Part shown: positions 9,891 to 16,041 of the stretch, one piece after another | How positions within the stretch are numbered: position 1 is the stretch's first letter | How the letters are laid out: each line of letters begins with the position of its first letter | DNA from: Erysipelotrichaceae bacterium MTC7 | Lineage (GTDB): Bacteria > Bacillota_I > Bacilli_A > Erysipelotrichales > Erysipelotrichaceae | Assembly (NCBI GenBank): GCA_001695645.1 | Contig: LVZN01000001.1 | Location: 60,001-92,000 of the forward strand | DNA length: 32,000 nt | Direction: 5' to 3' | Position numbers and translations under genes: made by a program | The notes under the pieces: model-generated | Told to the model about the DNA's origin: nothing | What the model saw: the letters and a program-made list of their open reading frames with translations, nothing else | Databases searched by the model: none

Positions 9891-11357
9891 TTATTCTAAA
9901 TCTTGTCCATTGCTTGCTATTACTTTTTTATACCAATAAAAAGAGTCTTTCTTATAACGATTGTAGGTTCCATTTCCTTTATCATCTACATCAACATAAA
10001 TATAACCGTAGCGTTTAGATGCCTGTCCTGTCGATGCAGCTATTAAATCAATACATCCCCATGAGTTATAAGAAATTAAATCAACTCCGCTTTCTACAGC
10101 CTCCATCATTCCTTTAATATTTTCTCGTAAATAATTTATTCTGTATAAATCATGGATAGAACCATCATTTTCAAGAATATCTTTTGCACCTAACCCATTC
10201 TCTACAATCATTAAAGGTATTTGATATCGATCATAAAGCTCTATAAGTGTAATTTTCAAAACTAAAGGATCAATTGTCCAACCCCATTCACTTTTTTCTA
10301 AATACGGATTATTAATCCCAGTTAATAAATTACCAACTAAATGCTTGGAATCTTTCTCATGAATTGTATAACAACTAGATCCATAGCAAGAAAATGCATA
10401 ATAATCAACTTTTCCTTCTTCTAAGTCTAGAAGATCATTTTCTTCCATTTGGATTTCTATATTATTATCTTTCCAAATTTTCTTGGCATAAGATGGATAG
10501 TAACCACGCACCATTGTATCTCCAAAATAATGAGTGCCATTTTGGCCTTTTTCTATGATTGCTAAATAATCTGCAGGATCAGCTGTTAGCGGATATGTAG
10601 TACCTTGATAAATCATAGACCCTACTTGATAATTTGAATCGGTTTCATGTGCCAATTTCACTACTTTTGCACTTGCAAGCAGAAGATGATGTGATAATTG
10701 GTACGCTTCTTGTAAAGTAATTGCACCAAACACATTTCCTATCATTCCAATTCCATTAATTTCATTAAATGTAATCCAATATTTAACTAAGTCTTTATAT
10801 TCATTAAAACAAACTTTAGAAAATTCAATAAACTCATCAATCATTTTCCGATTAAGCCAGCCCCCATCATATTTATCATCTAAATATGTAGGCATATCAT
10901 ACTTAAACAATGTCACAATTGGTTCAATATCATATTTTTTCAATTCTTCTAACACTGACCGATAGAAATCAATCCCTTTTTGATTTGGACCTTTCTCAAT
11001 ACCAAACGGCATAATTCTTGCCCAAGAAATAGATAAATTTAAAGATTCAAATCCCATTTCTGCAAATAGAGCAATATCTTCTTTATAACGGTGATAAAAA
11101 TCGATTCCATTGCGATTAGGATAATAAATATCACTTTTTTCTAATCGCTTTATTCCTCCTGCAGAAATAATATTCCAGCAAGGGGAAGCATCACTTTTAA
11201 GGTTTCCTTTAGAATCTATATATTCTACTTTTCGAAAAATATCTCCTTCTCCTAAAACTTGTGCATAATCTACTTCAACTGGTGATTTTCCATCTTCATC
11301 CCAAGCCCCTTCACATTGTGCAGCAGAAATAGAACCACCCCATAGTATTTTTTTCAA
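9891..11357 (-). CDS. 6-phospho-beta-glycosidase, GH1 (paralogue 3)
   Basis: 488 aa. ITFNEING, IVENGLG, AASTGQASKRYGYIYVD. TTG start (TTGAAAAAAATACTATGG) 4 nt after the EIIC stop. The N-terminus aligns with paralogue 5, so no alternative start is available. Confidence 0.9.
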   Translation of the reverse strand: MKKILWGGSISAAQCEGAWDEDGKSPVEVDYAQVLGEGDIFRKVEYIDSKGNLKSDASPCWNIISAGGIKRLEKSDIYYPNRNGIDFYHRYKEDIALFAEMGFESLNLSISWARIMPFGIEKGPNQKGIDFYRSVLEELKKYDIEPIVTLFKYDMPTYLDDKYDGGWLNRKMIDEFIEFSKVCFNEYKDLVKYWITFNEINGIGMIGNVFGAITLQEAYQLSHHLLLASAKVVKLAHETDSNYQVGSMIYQGTTYPLTADPADYLAIIEKGQNGTHYFGDTMVRGYYPSYAKKIWKDNNIEIQMEENDLLDLEEGKVDYYAFSCYGSSCYTIHEKDSKHLVGNLLTGINNPYLEKSEWGWTIDPLVLKITLIELYDRYQIPLMIVENGLGAKDILENDGSIHDLYRINYLRENIKGMMEAVESGVDLISYNSWGCIDLIAASTGQASKRYGYIYVDVDDKGNGTYNRYKKDSFYWYKKVIASNGQDLE

Positions 11358-11363
11358 ATAATT

Positions 11364-12662
11364 TTACCTATTACTCTCCTCTTCTAATTTATTCTGTTCT
11401 TCTGCTTCAGCAGCTTGTTCTTTTAAATACAATTGGTTATCATATATCTTAAGGAACGGCCACCAAACTAGAGCAGAAGGAATTATACATAAATATTCAA
11501 ATACTACATTCATTATATTTAATGTTCCAAAATAAGTACCAAACCCCATTGGAAATACACCAAATATCATAATCCATGGTGGAATAATAAAGCCGGTCTG
11601 ATAAGCTATCCAGAACAAAACCATAATAAATAATGAATTTAAAACAAATGGGATACATAAGATAGGGTTAAAAATAATTGGCATCCCAAAGATTACTGGC
11701 TCTGTTATATTAAACCAACCAGGAACTACCCCAACTTTAGCAATCGCACGAACTTGTTTCGATTTTGCTTTTAAACCTAATAAACTTAATGGTAACGGAT
11801 TTCCAGTACCTCCAACAGCTGCCATTGCTCCATATAGAAATACTGGTGCTGCCACTAACGGCAATCCAGCTTCATGTAGTAAGGCATTCGTGTGAATTGC
11901 TTCAAGCATAGAAGCCATAACAATTGGATAAGTTATTGCTCCACCATGAATCCCAAAGCACCATAATACTAAAGTAACAAAACATAAAACAAATATCCCT
12001 GGCAGTGATGTTAATGTACCAAGTGGAACCATCAGCACAGCCATAATGGCAGTAGGTAAATTTAAGGCTCCTGCTGATATAACTGATAAGATTACATTTA
12101 ATCCTTGAAAGATAATTACATTTATTCCAAATGGAATAATTGCTGAAAATGAATTAACTAATGCATCCGGACATACATCAGGCATTGGAATACGAATTTT
12201 TCTATCTGCACAGAATTTTTCAACTCTAATCACCACAAATGAAATAATAAATCCAACAAACATCCCTGTTGATCCTAAAAATGAAACATCAAGTTTCCCA
12301 TCAATCAGTGGTGCACACACTAAAACAAATATAATCCCTGCATCAATTGCATTTGCAAAAGGCATTTTCATCTTTAAATTCTTTGCATAATTATAGGCAA
12401 TAAATAATGTTACCCATATTCCTAATAAATTCATTGTAAAATTGTAAGGAGCATAAATATATCCGTAAACAGCACTCTCTGCAGTGAATAGACCTGCCAT
12501 TGTACCAATAGCACAAATAATTTGACATATTGCTCCAATCATAATAATTGACATCGTTGACATCATCCCAGCAGTTAATGATGCAATGAACTTGTTTGAC
12601 CCTAATTTTTGACTCATTTCTTGTAATTTAACAAGAAATGGATTATTTACTAATTTCTCCAT
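11364..12662 (-). CDS. PTS lactose/cellobiose-family EIIC component
   Basis: 432 aa polytopic protein. The N-terminus MEKLVNNPFLVKLQEMSQKLGSNKFIASLTAGMM is typical of CelB/LicC-type EIIC. Confidence 0.9.
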   Translation of the reverse strand: MEKLVNNPFLVKLQEMSQKLGSNKFIASLTAGMMSTMSIIMIGAICQIICAIGTMAGLFTAESAVYGYIYAPYNFTMNLLGIWVTLFIAYNYAKNLKMKMPFANAIDAGIIFVLVCAPLIDGKLDVSFLGSTGMFVGFIISFVVIRVEKFCADRKIRIPMPDVCPDALVNSFSAIIPFGINVIIFQGLNVILSVISAGALNLPTAIMAVLMVPLGTLTSLPGIFVLCFVTLVLWCFGIHGGAITYPIVMASMLEAIHTNALLHEAGLPLVAAPVFLYGAMAAVGGTGNPLPLSLLGLKAKSKQVRAIAKVGVVPGWFNITEPVIFGMPIIFNPILCIPFVLNSLFIMVLFWIAYQTGFIIPPWIMIFGVFPMGFGTYFGTLNIMNVVFEYLCIIPSALVWWPFLKIYDNQLYLKEQAAEAEEQNKLEEESNR

Positions 12663-12679
12663 ATATAATTCCTTTCTTT

Positions 12680-12979
12680 TTATTTTTTTTCGTAAAGTTT
12701 GTTTACTAATTCCATAATATTAGGACAATTAGCAACAGCATAATCAAATGATTCAATTACAGCACATGGTATATTGGTAGTTTCTTTAATTTCTTCAAGA
12801 CGATACCCTATTTGTGGACCAACCAATATGATGTCATAATTACTATAAACTTCACTGTAATCACTTATACCGACAGCATCTATTTCTAGTTCTATTGATT
12901 GTTCTTCCCAATATTTTTTCATTTTTTTCATCAATAAACTTGTAGATATTCCACCAGCACATACTAATAAAATTTTCAT
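12680..12979 (-). CDS. PTS lactose/cellobiose-family EIIB component
   Basis: MKILLVCAGGISTSLL phospho-Cys motif. The track ORF starts at a GTG (12991) that overlaps the GGAGG, so I prefer the ATG at 12979. Confidence 0.85.
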   Translation of the reverse strand: MKILLVCAGGISTSLLMKKMKKYWEEQSIELEIDAVGISDYSEVYSNYDIILVGPQIGYRLEEIKETTNIPCAVIESFDYAVANCPNIMELVNKLYEKK

Positions 12980-12999
12980 ATCTGCTTTCACCTCCTTTT

Positions 13000-13308
13000 C
13001 TATTTTCGTTTATAAAGTAATATAATTTCTTTTATCAATTCAATAGCAATCATACTTGTCATCAAATGATCTTGTGCATGAATTAATAAAACATCAATAG
13101 CAGTTTTTTCTCCATTTGCTTCTTTAAATAAAAGTTCTGTTTGAGATTTATGTGCTAAATTAATTGCATCATCTGATTTTTTCAGCAATTCCTCAGCTTC
13201 ATCTATATTCCCTACCTTAGCTTTTTGAAGTGCATTGAATGCAAGAGTATGTGCATCACCAGCGTTTGCAATAATTCCAAATGAAACCATTTCAGTATTT
13301 GACTCCAT
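13000..13308 (-). CDS. PTS lactose/cellobiose-family EIIA component
   Basis: 102 aa helical protein. IIANAGDAHTLAF...LLIHAQDHLMTS (phospho-His region) is typical of EIIA-Lac/Cel. Confidence 0.9.
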   Translation of the reverse strand: MESNTEMVSFGIIANAGDAHTLAFNALQKAKVGNIDEAEELLKKSDDAINLAHKSQTELLFKEANGEKTAIDVLLIHAQDHLMTSMIAIELIKEIILLYKRK

Positions 13309-13335
13309 AATGTAACCTCTCTTTCTTATATTTTC

Positions 13336-13364
13336 ATTTTAGTTTATAAGAATTTTTCAGTCAA
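13336..13364 (-). promoter_or_regulatory. sigma-A type promoter of the cellobiose-family PTS operon
   Basis: Minus strand TTGACT (13364-13359), 17 nt spacer, TAAAAT (13341-13336), about 28 nt upstream of the ATG. Confidence 0.6.
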
Positions 13365-13393
13365 AAAACAGAAAACTCAATTTTGATAAGTAA

Positions 13394-13417
13394 TCATACA
13401 CTATTCATCAGTGTTTT
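13394..13417. promoter_or_regulatory. candidate operator/UAS: inverted repeat ACACT-N7-AGTGT (shared motif, copy 1)
   Basis: Plus strand TCATACACTattcatcAGTGTTTT, 33 nt upstream of the -35 box. An inverted AGTGTAT half-site lies at 13463-13469. Near-identical sites occur at 15746-15769 and 24227-24250. Confidence 0.45.
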
Positions 13418-13581
13418 TTTATATTTTTCACACAATATCAATGAACTAGAAAAATCTCATCTAGTGTATATATTTTTCCTAATAAAATTGATTTGTGTTT
13501 ACCCATCACTTATGTTATTTCCTTTTGTATGTTTTACTATAATTATTGTACTTTCATCAATTTTATAAGATTAAATGAAAT

Positions 13582-13615
13582 AAAAAAACCTTAGAGATTT
13601 TTTCACACTCTAAGG
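13582..13615 (-). terminator. rho-independent terminator after the UPF0303-like gene
   Basis: Minus strand AACCTTAGAG-loop-CTCTAAGGTT followed by TTTTTTTA. Confidence 0.8.
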
Positions 13616-13633
13616 TTATATTTGTATTTTTTA

Positions 13634-14161
13634 TCAAAATAGTCTTCCTGTAAATTCTATAACTTTCTTATCTAAATATGTACTAAGTGAATTTACAATT
13701 AACTCATGATCCAGCCCATCATGTAATCCAGATATTGCCACCGTTGCTTCTAGGTTTCCTTCTACATAAATCGGAAAAGCTCCACCTACTGGCATACATT
13801 CTTTATTCCCAAATAATTGCTCCATTGAGCTCCCATTCACGATGCCATTCACTAGTTTCCAGAAGCTAGAATGTCCTGTTTCCAAAACACAATTTCTTTT
13901 CAAATTTGCATAAGTTATATTCTTTTTTGTTTTTGTATCCATTACATATTGAAAGATTGGCAACTGATCCTTCTCTCTGGTAATAAGAATAACAATATCT
14001 TCTTCATACCCATCTAAGAGGTCTATTATGATATCACCTAACATATATGCATCTTTACTATTAAAACGAGAAAATTGTAACTGTTTTTCTATACTCTCAA
14101 GTTCTATCAACTGGTTATTAGTATAAGAAAAGTCTAAATGTTCTAACATAGATGTTTTCAT
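13634..14161 (-). CDS. UPF0303 / GlcG-like (heme-degrading-domain family) protein
   Basis: PVGGAFPIYVEGNLEATVAISGLHDGLDHELI resembles the UPF0303/DUF336 C-terminal core. The track ORF starts at a GTG (14173). I prefer the ATG at 14161 (MKTSML) with GGTGA 8 nt upstream; the ATG at 14170 is also possible. Confidence 0.6.
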   Translation of the reverse strand: MKTSMLEHLDFSYTNNQLIELESIEKQLQFSRFNSKDAYMLGDIIIDLLDGYEEDIVILITREKDQLPIFQYVMDTKTKKNITYANLKRNCVLETGHSSFWKLVNGIVNGSSMEQLFGNKECMPVGGAFPIYVEGNLEATVAISGLHDGLDHELIVNSLSTYLDKKVIEFTGRLF

Positions 14162-14162
14162 A

Positions 14163-15146
14163 TTACTCATCACCAGGAAAAATAATCCCTGCTTCTAGTC
14201 TTGCTTTAGTCATAATTTCACTTACTGCAATACTTTGTTCCAATTGTTGATAGCAATATTGATAATCTTTATCATTTATAGCATTAATAAACGCAGTAAA
14301 CTCAGGTACTAACCTTTCATATGCACTCTTATCATCAAATTGTTCTTCTGTGCCATCATTTAATTTAATTGTAACTTCTCCAACTAAATTTGGAGGAAAT
14401 GAACTTCTAATAACCCCATTTGTACCTTGAATCAATCCACCAACCACTCCACCACAGTCTTTTGCAGCAAAACAGTGAGCATTAAATTTAGGGTAATTTA
14501 GAACTAATAATCCATTTGTATCAATATCTCTTTCAATTGTTGGATAATACTTCACATTATCTGGTTTTCCAAATAATCCCATTACATAATGTAAATTATA
14601 TAAATTCAAATCCATTAAAGCACCACCAGCTTTTTTAGGATCAAAAGCTGGTAATATCTCACCTGCTTTAAAAGAATCATATCTCCTTGATTGTTGTGTA
14701 TGATTGCTTTCTACATTTTTAACTTCTCCTATTCTTGGCAACCACTCTTTAATCTTTAAAAATGTTCCTAGATAAACCGTTGTGATAGCTTCAAACAAGA
14801 ATAGTTTCTTTTCTTGCGCTAACTTCTTTAGTTCCATGGCTTCTCTAACATTGCTAGTCATTGGTTTTTCAATAATAACGTTTAGTCCTTTTTCTAGTGA
14901 TTTTTTACAGAACTCATAGTGTATAAAATTGGGCACCGCTACATAAACTGTATCAATTCCAGAAGCACACATTTCATCAAAAGAAACAGTTGTAAACTTT
15001 ACTCCATTGTCATCTCCAAGTTTTTTTGCATTATTAAACTCTTCTATAGTACTCATGATTCCTAATACTTCTATTCCATCCATCTTTACCATTTTAGGCA
15101 AAAAATCTTGAACAATCATTCCTGAACCAATAATTCCTAGTTTCAT
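14163..15146 (-). CDS. Gfo/Idh/MocA-family NAD(P)-dependent oxidoreductase
   Basis: 327 aa. N-terminal Rossmann motif MKLGIIGSGMI and the EKP motif (VIIEKPM) are characteristic of the family. Confidence 0.85.
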   Translation of the reverse strand: MKLGIIGSGMIVQDFLPKMVKMDGIEVLGIMSTIEEFNNAKKLGDDNGVKFTTVSFDEMCASGIDTVYVAVPNFIHYEFCKKSLEKGLNVIIEKPMTSNVREAMELKKLAQEKKLFLFEAITTVYLGTFLKIKEWLPRIGEVKNVESNHTQQSRRYDSFKAGEILPAFDPKKAGGALMDLNLYNLHYVMGLFGKPDNVKYYPTIERDIDTNGLLVLNYPKFNAHCFAAKDCGGVVGGLIQGTNGVIRSSFPPNLVGEVTIKLNDGTEEQFDDKSAYERLVPEFTAFINAINDKDYQYCYQQLEQSIAVSEIMTKARLEAGIIFPGDE

Positions 15147-15157
15147 CTTTATACCCC

Positions 15158-15634
15158 CTACATAATACTTCCTACAACTTGGTAGGAATCTTTTGTATAC
15201 TGCATAATCTCAAACTTATTTCCATCAGGATCATGTACCCACATCTGATAGGTTCCAGAAGGCCCTTTGGATATTTCAGTATCTATCTCCACACCACGTT
15301 TCATCAATTCTTCTCTCGTTTGATAAATATCATCTACAAGTAATGCATAGTGAGAATACCCTATATTTTGGTTCCATTTGTCATGTGGCCCCTGCCCTTC
15401 AAAACTTGGGAACAACTCGATGAATTGTCCTGGTGCAATTTCTATATAGACAATAACCACTTTTTCAGGATCCGTTTTTGCAAGTTGCTGATATAATTCA
15501 CTTCCTTCATTTGCATATGCTTTTGCTTTCGTAACAATTTTTGGTTTTAATCCCAGTTTATTTTCATAAAAATCTCTCATTACATCCATTTGATCAGTAA
15601 AAAATGTAACATGCATAATTGAATTAAATTTCAT
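15158..15634 (-). CDS. VOC (glyoxalase/bleomycin-resistance/dioxygenase) family protein
   Basis: 158 aa. The HVTFFTDQMDVMRDFYENKLGL opening and the HYALLV...DPDGNKFEI end are typical of the paired beta-alpha-beta-beta-beta VOC modules. Confidence 0.75.
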   Translation of the reverse strand: MKFNSIMHVTFFTDQMDVMRDFYENKLGLKPKIVTKAKAYANEGSELYQQLAKTDPEKVVIVYIEIAPGQFIELFPSFEGQGPHDKWNQNIGYSHYALLVDDIYQTREELMKRGVEIDTEISKGPSGTYQMWVHDPDGNKFEIMQYTKDSYQVVGSIM

Positions 15635-15647
15635 TTTTCCTCCTTTG

Positions 15648-15665
15648 CAATCGATAAATCGATTG
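15648..15665. repeat. 18-bp palindrome directly upstream of the VOC gene RBS
   Basis: CAATCGAT aa ATCGATTG with perfect 8-bp arms. It shares the AATCGAT/ATCGATT core with the 9826-9862 repeat. Confidence 0.8.
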
Positions 15666-15745
15666 TGCTAAATTATTATTCATTTTAATTTTAATGCATA
15701 ATGACAGTTCAAAAAAGTAGTCCTTATTTTTCTCATTAAAATTAT

Positions 15746-15769
15746 TTATACACTAAATTTAAGTGTCTC
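15746..15769. promoter_or_regulatory. candidate operator/UAS: inverted repeat ACACT-N7-AGTGT (shared motif, copy 2)
   Basis: Plus strand TTATACACTaaatttaAGTGTCTC, 37 nt upstream of a TTGAAC -35-like box. An inverted half-site AGTGTATGATTA lies at 15825-15836. Confidence 0.45.
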
Positions 15770-16001
15770 TGAATATTTGTAATAAAATCATTAAAATATA
15801 TAAATAACCAAAATTATTAACAATAGTGTATGATTATTTATGAAAGTAAACTTGTAGTGTCTTGGCATATATCTATATTCATTCTTTTGTATAATATAAA
15901 AAAAATCATAAAATCGCACTTTGAAATAGTATCCATCTTTGATTTCCATGGAGATGGAAAAATCTCTCTCTATTATAGTTACTATTTATTTTCAAATGTC
16001 T

Positions 16002-16028
16002 AAAAAAACCTATCTTAAATAAGATAAG
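16002..16028 (-). terminator. rho-independent terminator after the LevR-like gene
   Basis: Minus strand CTTATCTTatttAAGATAGG (one G-U pair) followed by TTTTTTTA. Confidence 0.65.
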
Positions 16029-16041
16029 TTTTGATAGTATA

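Noticed and set aside
13383-13568. 61-aa plus-strand ORF in the region upstream of the cellobiose-family PTS operon.
   Set aside because: The translation is hydrophobic and low-complexity from AT-rich intergenic DNA, with no RBS. It overlaps the predicted promoter and operator region of the minus-strand operon.
15862-15878. TTGGCATATATCTATATT, which superficially resembles a sigma54 -24 element (TGGCA).
   Set aside because: It is on the plus strand, where no gene follows. It also lacks the GC of the -12 element (TTGC) at the required spacing. No other TGGCAC-N5-TTGCW match was seen upstream of any operon.
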